NCBI GenBank assembly: GCA_016286245.1
Contig: JAEESG010000002.1
Span: 1 to 63,432 of the forward strand
Direction: 5' to 3'
DNA: 63,432 bases
Source: Clostridiales bacterium
GTDB taxonomy: Bacteria > Bacillota > Clostridia > Oscillospirales > CAG-382
A program made the position numbers and the translations under genes. This document shows, piece after piece, positions 41,384 to 51,019 of this stretch. Within the stretch, counting starts at the first letter, position 1; each line of letters begins with the position of its first letter. The notes beneath the pieces were generated by a model. That model ran no database searches, had not been told where the DNA came from, and saw only the letters and a list, made by a program, of their open reading frames with translations.

Positions 41384-43357
41384 GTGTATTGTAAAAAATG
41401 CGGCGCCGAGGGCGTCAGCGGAAAATTCTGCCGTTTTTGCGGCGCACCGCTTGACGAGCAGGCGCAAAATACAGAGCAGCAGGAAAGCGCACCGAAAGAA
41501 AATATCCCGCAGGAAACAGCTCCTCGGGAAGCAGCTTCTCAGTTTGTAAATCCTCAGCCTCAGCCTCAGACACAGTATCAACAGCCTCAGTATAATCAAC
41601 AGCCGCAGCAGTTCGGCTCGCAGCAGTACAACGGACCGCAGGCGGCTCCGCAGTATAATCAGCCGCAGTATCAGCCGCCGCAGTATCAGCAGCCGCAGTA
41701 TCAGCAGCAGTATCAACAGCCGCAGCAGTATCAGCAGCCGCAGCAGTACAACGCTCCTCAGGCTCCGTACGGCGCGCCTTACGGATACGGCGCGGCGATG
41801 CCCAAGAAAAAGAGCAAGGCGCCTGTGATTATCGCGGTAATCGCGGTTCTTGCACTGCTTGCCGTCGGCGGATTCTTCCTTTTCAGGATGCTTTCGGGCG
41901 GCGGTATCGGAGGCGGTTTCGGCGGCGCAGGCGGCGGAAGCAGCGTCAAGATAATGAAAGACGCCGAACCCGACGTATACTATCAGAGCATTGAAAAGTC
42001 GAACGTTGCTATGATGACGGCGTTTACGTCGAACACGGGCGTATGGACCGGACGCGGCGGCGCGGACGCGACGATAGAAATAACGCTTGACGACGGCGGA
42101 AGGGACCTTTTGGTCGATTCTGCCGGCGGTATGGACCTCGACTGGCTGAAATCCCTTTCCCTCGACATCGGCTCGGGCAAGGACGGTACGAAGACGTACG
42201 AGTCGGGCACGCTAAACCTTAACAACACGAAAATTATTTCGTTTGACCTGCTTCTTGACTCCTCAAACAAGGAAATGCTGTTTCATCTGCCCGATTTCTC
42301 GAGCAAATACGCCTACATGGACTCGAACGACTCGGTTGAGAGTCTTGTCGGCGCTTCCGGCATAGACATGGACGCTTTAAGCAGGGTTATAAACCACTAC
42401 GGAGAGATTGTAATCGGAAAGCTCAACAAGGTTGAAAAGACGAGCGAGACGGTATACGTCGGCGCATATTCAACGGAGTACGACGTGCTCACCGTAAATA
42501 TTGACGCCGAGACGAAAGCGGCTGTCGCAAGCGCAATTTCGGACGAGGCGCGCGTTGACCGCGACCTTGAAAACTTAATCCGCTCCGCCGCGGAAAGTGC
42601 GGACGAGGATCCCGACGCGGCGTACGCCGATTTCTTAAATGAGCTTGACAAAGCGAAAGAGCCCGGCGGAGAAAGCGGAAACGACTTTGTCGGCACGCTT
42701 ACTGTGTACGTCGATAAGGACGGCGAGGAATGGGGACGCCGCTTCGTACCCGCGGACGGCAGCAAAAAGCCGACGTATTATCTCGTTGCATGGAACGGAA
42801 ACGACTTTGCATGCGAGGGAGACCTCGACTCAATGAGCTTTACCGGCAGCGGCACGCGCTCCGGAAACAAGTTGAGCGGAAGCTTTACGATTCGCTCGGG
42901 AGATTCGCTTGCTGCGACGGTGGACGTTGAAAACTTCGACAAGAAGGCGGCGAAGGACGGAAAGATATACGGAACCTTTACGGTAACGCCCGAAAAGGAC
43001 TATATCGACGACAACGGCATGAGCCCCGTACTTGCGGGATTCCGCTTCAGGATTGATATTTCTTCCGAATCCGGCAAGCTCGACGCGACGGTATCGATTT
43101 TGAACGAAAGTCAGAATGTCGCGACGGTAAGGATTACGAGCAGGGCAAACGGCGGCGCGAGGGTTCCGAACGTGAGCGAAAGCGACAGAGTCGACACGGA
43201 AACGTGGCTTGACACCATGGACACCGACGCTGCGCAGGATAAGCTCTTTGATTCGTTAAAGAGAGCGGGCGTACCTGCCGAATATCTTGAAGACGATGAC
43301 GACTATTACTATGACGACGACTACGATTACGACGACGATGACGACTGGGGTTGGTAA
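41384..43357 (+). CDS. Single-pass membrane protein of unknown function: N-terminal zinc ribbon, Q/P/Y-rich low-complexity linker, TM segment, about 460-aa extracytoplasmic domain, poly-D/Y tail
   Basis: YCKKCGAEGVSGKFCRFCG. Then about 90 aa of QPQYQQ-type repeats. TM segment APVIIAVIAVLALLAVGGFFLF. C-terminal EDDDDYYYDDDYDYDDDDDWGW. A GTG at 41384 lies 6 nt after GGAGGA; an alternative ATG is at 41366. Confidence 0.65.
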   Translation: MYCKKCGAEGVSGKFCRFCGAPLDEQAQNTEQQESAPKENIPQETAPREAASQFVNPQPQPQTQYQQPQYNQQPQQFGSQQYNGPQAAPQYNQPQYQPPQYQQPQYQQQYQQPQQYQQPQQYNAPQAPYGAPYGYGAAMPKKKSKAPVIIAVIAVLALLAVGGFFLFRMLSGGGIGGGFGGAGGGSSVKIMKDAEPDVYYQSIEKSNVAMMTAFTSNTGVWTGRGGADATIEITLDDGGRDLLVDSAGGMDLDWLKSLSLDIGSGKDGTKTYESGTLNLNNTKIISFDLLLDSSNKEMLFHLPDFSSKYAYMDSNDSVESLVGASGIDMDALSRVINHYGEIVIGKLNKVEKTSETVYVGAYSTEYDVLTVNIDAETKAAVASAISDEARVDRDLENLIRSAAESADEDPDAAYADFLNELDKAKEPGGESGNDFVGTLTVYVDKDGEEWGRRFVPADGSKKPTYYLVAWNGNDFACEGDLDSMSFTGSGTRSGNKLSGSFTIRSGDSLAATVDVENFDKKAAKDGKIYGTFTVTPEKDYIDDNGMSPVLAGFRFRIDISSESGKLDATVSILNESQNVATVRITSRANGGARVPNVSESDRVDTETWLDTMDTDAAQDKLFDSLKRAGVPAEYLEDDDDYYYDDDYDYDDDDDWGW

Positions 43358-43366
43358 GCTCGGCGT

Positions 43367-44041
43367 ATGAACGGTGAAGTTTTAAATATTTCTAAAAAAT
43401 ACGGTAAAAATCAAATTTTACGCGGCGTTTCGTTTCCGATAAACGGGGGCGAGGCGATAGGCATAATAGGTGCGAACGGCAGCGGCAAATCCACGCTGCT
43501 TCGCATCCTTGCCGGCGTGATAAAGGCGGATGAAGGCCGGTTTCTCTCAGACGGAGTCGACCTTCTTTCCCGCGGCGCGGGAAACAGGGTTGCGTACGTG
43601 CCGCAGGGCACGCCGCTCATAGAGGAATTGAGCGCATACGACAATCTGCGGCTCTGGTACGAAAAGGACGCGCTGAAAAAGTCGCTTGAAAGCGGAATGT
43701 TAAAGGAGCTGGGAGTCGGCGAATTTTTGAAAAAACCGGCGAAAAAACTGTCGGGCGGAATGCGAAAACGCCTTTCCGTAGGCTGTTCCATTGCGAACGA
43801 CCCCGAGATTATGCTTCTCGACGAGCCGACGGCGGCGCTCGACCTTGTTGCAAAGGAGAAGATGAAAGCGTTTGTCGGCGATTTTGTAAAGCGCGGAGGA
43901 GCGGCCGTTTTAGTTACTCACGACGTGCAGGAATTAAAGGAGTGCGACAGATGTTATCTCCTCTGCGACGGCGTTTTGTCGGCCGTTGAGGATATAGACG
44001 GACAAACCCTGATGAAGAAGCCGGAATCTCATGAAAAATAG
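43367..44041 (+). CDS. ABC transporter ATP-binding protein
   Basis: Walker A GANGSGKST, signature LSGGMRKR, Walker B MLLDEPTAALD. Confidence 0.9.
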   Translation: MNGEVLNISKKYGKNQILRGVSFPINGGEAIGIIGANGSGKSTLLRILAGVIKADEGRFLSDGVDLLSRGAGNRVAYVPQGTPLIEELSAYDNLRLWYEKDALKKSLESGMLKELGVGEFLKKPAKKLSGGMRKRLSVGCSIANDPEIMLLDEPTAALDLVAKEKMKAFVGDFVKRGGAAVLVTHDVQELKECDRCYLLCDGVLSAVEDIDGQTLMKKPESHEK

Positions 44042-45257
44042 GGGTTTCGTTTATTTTCTTTTACAAATAAAGCGGAAGATGAAGATGTTTCCGCGCGTGC
44101 TTGCTTTGACTCTTGCGCTGCTTGTATCGCTCGGCGCGGCGGGCTACGCGATATACGCCGACGCCGCGGCAAAAAAGGCGGAAAGCCTTGTTACCGTCGG
44201 AATTGCGGGCGCTCCCGACGACAGACTTATCGACGTGTGCGTAAACGCCATAAACAGCTACGATTCCCTGAATTTCGCCATAAAAGCGGTAAAACTGACC
44301 GAAGACGGAGCGAAGGACCTGCTTGTCAAAGGAATGATAAGCGGGTATATCGTCGTGCCCGAAAATTATGCGCGCGACATGTACTACGGCAGGGACACGA
44401 GCTTAAAATTCGTAACGGACAGCAGTTCGACGAGCCTCGGAATGACGCTTGTCGGCGAAATCGTCGACAACACGGCAAAGGCGGGGCTTGAAACCACGAA
44501 CGCGATTTACGGAGCCCAGAATTACGTGAAGGACCGCTTTACGCAGATGAAGCCCTCCGACGCGGGAGACAGGCTTTTCGAAAAACTCGCGGCGCTTATG
44601 CTGACAAGACACGACACGTATGAAGTGAAAACGCTGGGCATATTGGGGCATTTTTCGCTTATAACCTATATGCTTTGCGGAATAATGATAGAATATCTTT
44701 TGTTCTGGGGAGTAAGCTGCAGTCCGCTGTTTCACAAAAACGGCGAGCTGTCGCGGATGCTTGCGTCCAAAAAACTCGGAGCCGCGCGGCAGATAGCGGG
44801 AGAGGCGGGCGCATATATAATTCTTATGGCGCTTTGCACGCTTCCGGTATTCGGTATAGCAAAGGCGGCGTCGGCGCTTTTCCACGCCGACCTCGGCGAA
44901 TTTGCGGTTTTGCTGTCGGGGCGGTTTGTCGCGCAGTATTTTCTGTGCGCGGTCATGATATGCCTTATGCAGCAGTTTTTATACGAGCTTTCGAACGACG
45001 GAGTAAGCGCGCCGGTTTTGCAGTTTCTGGTTGCAATCGTGCAGGGGTATATCTGCGGATGCTTTTATCCGATTTCCTTCTTTCCCGAACAGGTGCGCGC
45101 TTTCACGGCGCATCTTCCGGTGGGAGCAGCGGTGCGGCTTCTCGGAGAAACGACGACGCAAAGCGTCGTTGAGACGGTTTTGTATGCGGCGCTGTTCTTC
45201 GGCTTCTCGGTATATCTACGGCACCGCCTGATTACGAGAGAGGAGACGCAGTCATGA
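44031..45257 (+). CDS. ABC-2-type transporter permease
   Basis: One N-terminal TM segment, an extracytoplasmic loop of about 170 aa, then about 5 TM segments. Its start overlaps the ATPase stop by 11 nt. Confidence 0.65.
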   Translation: MKNRGFVYFLLQIKRKMKMFPRVLALTLALLVSLGAAGYAIYADAAAKKAESLVTVGIAGAPDDRLIDVCVNAINSYDSLNFAIKAVKLTEDGAKDLLVKGMISGYIVVPENYARDMYYGRDTSLKFVTDSSSTSLGMTLVGEIVDNTAKAGLETTNAIYGAQNYVKDRFTQMKPSDAGDRLFEKLAALMLTRHDTYEVKTLGILGHFSLITYMLCGIMIEYLLFWGVSCSPLFHKNGELSRMLASKKLGAARQIAGEAGAYIILMALCTLPVFGIAKAASALFHADLGEFAVLLSGRFVAQYFLCAVMICLMQQFLYELSNDGVSAPVLQFLVAIVQGYICGCFYPISFFPEQVRAFTAHLPVGAAVRLLGETTTQSVVETVLYAALFFGFSVYLRHRLITREETQS

Positions 45258-46387
45258 AAAAGCTGAAACGGCTGTTCCTCTGGTACGGTATTCTTACAAA
45301 ACGGATACTCAAACAGAAAATATATATTGCGATTCTTTTGCTGATTCCGCTTACGGTTTTTGCAATCCGTCTTATGCCGTCCGATAACGGAGGACTGCTT
45401 TCGATTGCGCTTGCGCGCCTCGGAAACGACGATTTTTCCGTCGAAACGGTCGACCGCCTTGCGAACGGAAACAGCGTGCTGAAATACGTTGTCTGCGACA
45501 CGGAAGAAGAAGCGGTAAGCCTTGTCTCGTCGGGAAAATGCGACGCGGCATGGATTTTCAGGGAAGACGCGGGCGTACAGGCGGCAAAATTCGCGTCGGG
45601 CAGGAGCAGCGAACCCGCCGTTACCGTCGTGGAACGCGAAAACAGCGCGATTCTCTCCCTTTCGGAGGAGTGCCTGTGCATAGCGATGATTCCGTACGTT
45701 GCATACGGCGCGTACAGCGATTTTCTCAACGACCTGTCAACCGACGGACCGCTGCCAGAAGAGGATTTGCGCGCATATTTCGATTCAAAAGCAAGGACGA
45801 CGGCTCTTGTCGATTATTATTACGTCGACGGCACGAAAAAGGAGACGAGCGGTCTTCTGACGGCGCCCGTGAGAGGGCTTCTTGCAATGATTATTCTTCT
45901 TGCGGCGCTTGCGTCGTGCATGACGGCGTGCAGAGAGGAGCAGCAGGGGATTTTTGAACGTCTGAAGGGAAAGAAGCGCGCGTTCGTACCGATTTTCTGC
46001 CATATAACGGCGGTTTTACCCGCGGCTGCGGTAAGCCTTGCCGCACTGTACTTTTGCGGTCTGTGGGCGGGCTTTTTAATCGAAATTCCGAATATGCTGC
46101 TTTACGTTATCGCAGTTTCGGCGTTTTGTGAAATACTGCGGATATTATGCCGCAGCGAAATTACGCTCGGCGCGGTAACGCCGATAGTCATGACGGTTAT
46201 GATGGTGCTGTGCCCGGTAATACTTTCCGCAAACTTCGTACAGCTGCCGAAATACCTCCTTCCGCCGTTTTACTATCTGAATACTTTGATGAACGGGGAT
46301 TTTCTTTTGAAATTCGTGGTTTTCGACGCAGTATTATGCGTTTTTGCATCGGCGGCGGTGCTTATAAGGAACAAAGTAAAAAAATAA
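45254..46387 (+). CDS. Second ABC-2-type transporter permease
   Basis: Same topology as its neighbour, with a 4-nt ATGA overlap on the preceding gene. Confidence 0.6.
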   Translation: MKKLKRLFLWYGILTKRILKQKIYIAILLLIPLTVFAIRLMPSDNGGLLSIALARLGNDDFSVETVDRLANGNSVLKYVVCDTEEEAVSLVSSGKCDAAWIFREDAGVQAAKFASGRSSEPAVTVVERENSAILSLSEECLCIAMIPYVAYGAYSDFLNDLSTDGPLPEEDLRAYFDSKARTTALVDYYYVDGTKKETSGLLTAPVRGLLAMIILLAALASCMTACREEQQGIFERLKGKKRAFVPIFCHITAVLPAAAVSLAALYFCGLWAGFLIEIPNMLLYVIAVSAFCEILRILCRSEITLGAVTPIVMTVMMVLCPVILSANFVQLPKYLLPPFYYLNTLMNGDFLLKFVVFDAVLCVFASAAVLIRNKVKK

Positions 46388-46418
46388 AACGAAAAACACG
46401 GAACAACGGTAATAAAAG

Positions 46419-46452
46419 AAACGTCAACCTTTAAAGGTCGGCGTTTTTTTGC
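46419..46452 (+). terminator. Rho-independent terminator of the ABC operon
   Basis: Imperfect hairpin aacgtcaacc/ggtcggcgtt (46420-46445), followed by T7. Confidence 0.5.
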
Positions 46453-46522
46453 GCCTTTTTTGGAGCAAAAGAAAAATTTTAACAAAAAATAATTAATTTT
46501 CTGTTATTTTTTCAAAAAACTA

Positions 46523-46551
46523 TTGAGAAAAATCAAAATATAGTGTATGAT
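46523..46551 (+). promoter_or_regulatory. Candidate sigma-A promoter for the SLH surface protein gene
   Basis: TTGAGA (46523-28), 17 nt, TATGAT (46546-51). Confidence 0.45.
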
Positions 46552-46621
46552 ATATCTGTAGAACTCTATTTATAGTATGATTAATAAAAAATATGACGTA
46601 ATATATACCCGGAAAGGATGA

Positions 46622-49600
46622 TTGTACTTGAGAAAGGCAGCAAAAATCTTAAAAATCATCGCGGCGGTTTTCACGGCGTTCGCACTTGCAGCCCTCGCGG
46701 CGCAGGCGGTCGAGCTTACGGACATATCCGGACACTGGGCCGAAGAATATATTGAATTCGGCGTGGAGCAGGGCTACATAAACGGATACGCCGACGCCAC
46801 CTTCAAGCCCGACGTGAACGTTACGCGCGCGGAGTTTTCCAAAATGATAAACAGCGCGCTGAAAATCACGAAAACCTCCGAAATGCCGTTTTTTGACGTT
46901 GAGGAGACGGACTGGTTCTATTCCGACGTCCGGAAAGCCGTATATGCGGGATATATAAGCGGTTACGAAAACGGAGCGTTTATCGCGACCAACTTCATCA
47001 CGCGCCAGGAAGCGGCGGCAATGCTTTCGAGAATAGCGACGCGCCCCGAAACGACAAAAAATCTGTCTGCGGCGGCGGACGAGGCGGATATCGCCGACTG
47101 GGCGAAGGATTATATGATTTTCGTCTACTCCAAGGGCTACATGACGGGCGACGAAAACAAGAAACTCAACCCGAAGGGCAACCTTACGAGAGGCCAGGCG
47201 GCAAAACTCATGTATATGCTCGTAACGGAAGAAAACGTCTGCAACGGCGACTATAAGGTGTCGCTTGATGACGCGCTTCTCTCCGAGACGATATTCACCG
47301 ACGACGTAATTTTCGAGTCAAAGGCAAAGGAAGCAAGCCTTTCGCTTGACGGATGCCGCGTTCTCGGAAGGGTGCTTGTAAATACCGAAAACACGTCCGA
47401 CGTCGAAATTTCCGACTCGAACGTTTCGGATATGATAGTTTCCGGCAAGGGCGCGAAGGTAAACGCAAAGAACGGCGCAAAGGTTGATTTTCTTACGATA
47501 AAGAGCCCGTCGACAGTCAACGGAAACGGCTACGGCACCGTTTATCTCGTGTCGGGCGACCTCGTGTCGGGCGTTACGGAATTCGGCGCGTCCCCCAAGA
47601 GCCTTAAAATCATGACCGACGCGGTAATAAAGGCAAAAGACCTTGAATCGCTCGAAATAACTTCACCCGCGGCGCTCGTCGTTCAGGGCGGAAATATAAA
47701 GAACATGTCCGTCGGCAGTCTTGCGAAGGACAGCATAATCACGCTCGGAGACGAGGTAACCGTTCAGGACCTTGTGGTTTACGCGCCGAGCGCGTTCAGA
47801 GGCAACGGAAAAATCATAAAGGCGACCGAGAGAGCCTCGGGCGTAACGTACACGAAGCGTCCCGATTCGACGGACGAAAAGGAACCCGATGACAAGACCG
47901 AAACGGGTGAATTCAATGCGTCGTCGACGTCGCCCGCAAAGAACGCGACGAACGTTTCGGTATCCGCCGACATAATGATCAACTTCCCGAGAGCGATTTA
48001 CGCAAAGAACGGCGGCGACCTGACGACAGAATATCTTTCCGACTGCATTGAGCTGAGAAGAGGCTCTGCGAGCGGAACGAAGATTGCGTTCTACGCAAGG
48101 GTTGTCGGAGGAAAGAGTATTGCGGTAACTCCCGAAAAGGACCTTGCGAACGACACGGCGTACTACGTTCTCGTAAAGGCGGGAAGCGTATACGATTCGA
48201 CCGGCAGCAAGAACGCCGAGGTTGAATTCATGTTCGAGACGGCAGAAGCGGAAAAGCAGAGCGCTTCGTTCTCGCCCAAGAAGGCGGCCGAGGACGTAAG
48301 CCCGTCGGGTGAAATCAAGATAACCTTCTCCGACGCGGTAAAGCTTAAAGACGGCACGGCGATCACAAACGCCAACGCAAAAGACGCATTCTCGCTCAGA
48401 GAGGGCTCGGCGAGCGGAACGAAGATTGCGTTCGCGGTAAGCGTAAATTCCACGAAAAAGGTTGTAACGATTATACCCGACGAGGTTCTGAAGCCGAACA
48501 CCAAGTATTACGTTGCAATTCTTTCAAATAAACTCGAATATTCGAACGGAACGTCGGTTGCTTCCGAAAGCAGCTACTTTACGACGGCGGACACGCTCGA
48601 CCTTACGGTAACGCCGGCGAACAATGCGACGGGCATATCTCCCGACGAGATGATAAATCTCGTGTTCAACGCGGAAATCTACCGTCCGTCAGGCTCCAAC
48701 ATCACGACAAGCTACCTTGCCGAAAACGCGCTTGAACTCAGAAAATCCTACTCCACGGGAACCAAGATCGACTTTACGGTGGTTATAAGCTCCGACAGAA
48801 AGACGGTAAAAATCATTCCCGACGAGCTTGAAGCGGGCACGAAATATTACGTAACCGTGCTTGCCGACAAGATAGCGAACAAGAACGGCACGACAAACAA
48901 GAAATTCACGTCGTCCTTTACGACGGCGGCTTCCATGGCGCCCGCGATAACGCCTGCAAACGCGAGCGATGACGTGTCGACCGACACCGAAATCACGATT
49001 AAGTTCACCGAAGAGGTGTTCGCTTCAAACAAGAAGGAAACGCTTACGGAAGAATATCTCAAGGAAAAGGTAATAACGTTCAAGAAGGGCACGTCGGGCA
49101 GCGCTTCGGCGGTTAAATACACGACAAAGATTTCAAGCGACGGCAAGACGATAAGAATAATCCCCAACGCGCCGCTTTCGTCCAACAGCACCTACTATAT
49201 TTCGGTAGCAAAGAGCACGCTTTACAATGCGGCGGGCAAAGCCAACACGAGCGCGTCGAGCACGTTCAAGACGGGACTTTCCGGAGCGCCCGACTTCCTA
49301 CCCTACAACAAGGAAAAGGACGTCGACGTAGGCACGAGCATACAGATTACGTTTGACAGAAAGATGTACGCGATAGGCGGAAACGAGCTGACGACGACGT
49401 ATATCAAGAACAACGTGGTCGAGCTGCGCAAAGAAGACGCGGACGGAGAAAACGTTTCATATTCGGTAACGCTGAGCTCCGACAAGCAGACGATAACCGT
49501 AAAGCCGTCTACAAAGCTTGAAGGAAACACCGATTACTTCGTAATGATAAGAAGAGCGTCGCTCGAAGACAACGCCGGAAACGAAAACGCAATGTACTTT

Positions 49601-50830
49601 GCGGTGTTCACAACGGCCGAGACCGTTTCGAGAAACAGCACGATAACGCCCGCAAACGCGTCTACCGGAATATCCTGCTCGCCGACGGTGGTTATTGAAT
49701 TTGCAAGCGCGGTTTACCGTGCGGGCGGCACCGACGCAACCGACGCGTTTATAGCAAACAACGTTGCCGAAATCAGAAAGGGCACGTCGGGCGGAACAAA
49801 GATAGAATGCGAGGCGGCGATAAGCGCCGACAACAAGACCATAACGCTCACGCCCAAAAAGCCGCTTGACGCGAACACCAAATATTTCGTTGCGGTAATC
49901 GCAAACTCGCTCGAATACTCCGACGGAACGGGAATCTCCTCAAAGAGCTCCTACTTCACGACAAACAACGGAGCGCCGGAGGTAACCGAGTTCAATGCGG
50001 AAACGACCGCGTCGTCGGCGTCGTTTGAGGTATCGTCCGACACGGACGGATTCCTGTACATAACGCTTACGGAAGGCGACGAAAAGATAGAAAAAGAGCC
50101 TGAGGAAATAAAGGCGGGCGAAATAAAGAAGACGGAAATAACGAAGCTTGCAAGCAACACGACGTATACCGCCTCCGCCTACGTAAAGAACAAGGACGGA
50201 CTGTCCTCCGTGGCAAAGGTTATCTCGATAAAGACGTTAAAGCCGTTCGACGCGGAAGTAAGCGACGTTACCGAAAACAGCGCGCATCTTGCACTTAACG
50301 TCTACTGCGGCGGAACGCTGAACCTCGTTTACAGAAACCGCGATACGAACGAATTTACCACAAAGGCGTCAGGTCTTTCGCTCAAAGCAAACGCCACGAG
50401 AGAATTTACGTTTGAAGACCTTGCGCCCGACACCGATTACGACATAATCATCGAATTTACCGACGAAAGAGATTCAACAACGAGCGAAACAAAGAAGATA
50501 AAGACGGAAAAATCGGAAAATCCGACAGTCGCTCTTGAAATCACGAAAATTACGGTAATAAGCGAAAACGGCGACGAGTACACGGCGAAATTCGATAATA
50601 ACGGAGTTGCGGAAATCACGGTTGACAGCGCAAAATCCGTATATCTGCGCGGCGAATCGAGCAGAGCGGATTCGGAATTCGAGTTTAACGGCAAAAAGAC
50701 ATCTCCCGGACAGAAAAGTGAAAAAATAGACTTAGATGAAAACGAAACAACGGAAATCTCCATTACGCTTTCCTCTACAGGCGCTTCGGAAACAATCACG
50801 CGTACGCTCAAAGTAACGGTAGGCGGATAA
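46622..50830 (+). CDS. S-layer-type surface protein: signal peptide, 3 SLH domains, beta-helix-like region, six tandem SbsA/Big_5-like Ig modules, two Fn3-like modules
   Basis: SLH motifs (LTDISGHWAEEYIEFGVEQGYINGY..FKPD..VTRAEF and two more). Six modules of about 114 aa each contain ..EL/IRKGS/TSG(T)KI.., ..VT/KI/LxP and ..T.YYV.. between about 47910 and 49970. TTG start at 46622 (or 46628) after GGAAAGGA. Confidence 0.85.
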   Translation: MYLRKAAKILKIIAAVFTAFALAALAAQAVELTDISGHWAEEYIEFGVEQGYINGYADATFKPDVNVTRAEFSKMINSALKITKTSEMPFFDVEETDWFYSDVRKAVYAGYISGYENGAFIATNFITRQEAAAMLSRIATRPETTKNLSAAADEADIADWAKDYMIFVYSKGYMTGDENKKLNPKGNLTRGQAAKLMYMLVTEENVCNGDYKVSLDDALLSETIFTDDVIFESKAKEASLSLDGCRVLGRVLVNTENTSDVEISDSNVSDMIVSGKGAKVNAKNGAKVDFLTIKSPSTVNGNGYGTVYLVSGDLVSGVTEFGASPKSLKIMTDAVIKAKDLESLEITSPAALVVQGGNIKNMSVGSLAKDSIITLGDEVTVQDLVVYAPSAFRGNGKIIKATERASGVTYTKRPDSTDEKEPDDKTETGEFNASSTSPAKNATNVSVSADIMINFPRAIYAKNGGDLTTEYLSDCIELRRGSASGTKIAFYARVVGGKSIAVTPEKDLANDTAYYVLVKAGSVYDSTGSKNAEVEFMFETAEAEKQSASFSPKKAAEDVSPSGEIKITFSDAVKLKDGTAITNANAKDAFSLREGSASGTKIAFAVSVNSTKKVVTIIPDEVLKPNTKYYVAILSNKLEYSNGTSVASESSYFTTADTLDLTVTPANNATGISPDEMINLVFNAEIYRPSGSNITTSYLAENALELRKSYSTGTKIDFTVVISSDRKTVKIIPDELEAGTKYYVTVLADKIANKNGTTNKKFTSSFTTAASMAPAITPANASDDVSTDTEITIKFTEEVFASNKKETLTEEYLKEKVITFKKGTSGSASAVKYTTKISSDGKTIRIIPNAPLSSNSTYYISVAKSTLYNAAGKANTSASSTFKTGLSGAPDFLPYNKEKDVDVGTSIQITFDRKMYAIGGNELTTTYIKNNVVELRKEDADGENVSYSVTLSSDKQTITVKPSTKLEGNTDYFVMIRRASLEDNAGNENAMYFAVFTTAETVSRNSTITPANASTGISCSPTVVIEFASAVYRAGGTDATDAFIANNVAEIRKGTSGGTKIECEAAISADNKTITLTPKKPLDANTKYFVAVIANSLEYSDGTGISSKSSYFTTNNGAPEVTEFNAETTASSASFEVSSDTDGFLYITLTEGDEKIEKEPEEIKAGEIKKTEITKLASNTTYTASAYVKNKDGLSSVAKVISIKTLKPFDAEVSDVTENSAHLALNVYCGGTLNLVYRNRDTNEFTTKASGLSLKANATREFTFEDLAPDTDYDIIIEFTDERDSTTSETKKIKTEKSENPTVALEITKITVISENGDEYTAKFDNNGVAEITVDSAKSVYLRGESSRADSEFEFNGKKTSPGQKSEKIDLDENETTEISITLSSTGASETITRTLKVTVGG

Positions 50831-50852
50831 TTCCGAAAAACACACGCAAAGA

Positions 50853-50889
50853 GTAAAGCGGCGGCATTTGCTGCCGCTTTACTTTTTTG
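50853..50889 (+). terminator. Rho-independent terminator
   Basis: Hairpin gtaaagcggcggca/tgctgccgctttac, followed by TTTTTT. Confidence 0.7.
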
Positions 50890-50922
50890 CATTAAATTTT
50901 AATTAAATAATTAAATCTTGTA

Positions 50923-50951
50923 TTGAATTTGAGAAATAATGGTGATATAAT
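50923..50951 (+). promoter_or_regulatory. Sigma-A promoter for the cvpA-pgsA-clp cluster
   Basis: TTGAAT (50923-28), 17 nt, TGaTATAAT (50943-51). Confidence 0.5.
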
Positions 50952-51019
50952 TATTATGAATTGTGATATACGGCAGAATTTTTGTTGTTTTGAAATAAAA
51001 ACAGGGAAAGGATACGGAT

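Noticed and set aside
41360-41716. 118-aa minus-strand ORF made of LILR/LRL repeats.
   Set aside because: It is the antisense translation of the CAG/CCG-rich segment that encodes the Q/P-rich linker of the zinc-ribbon membrane protein.
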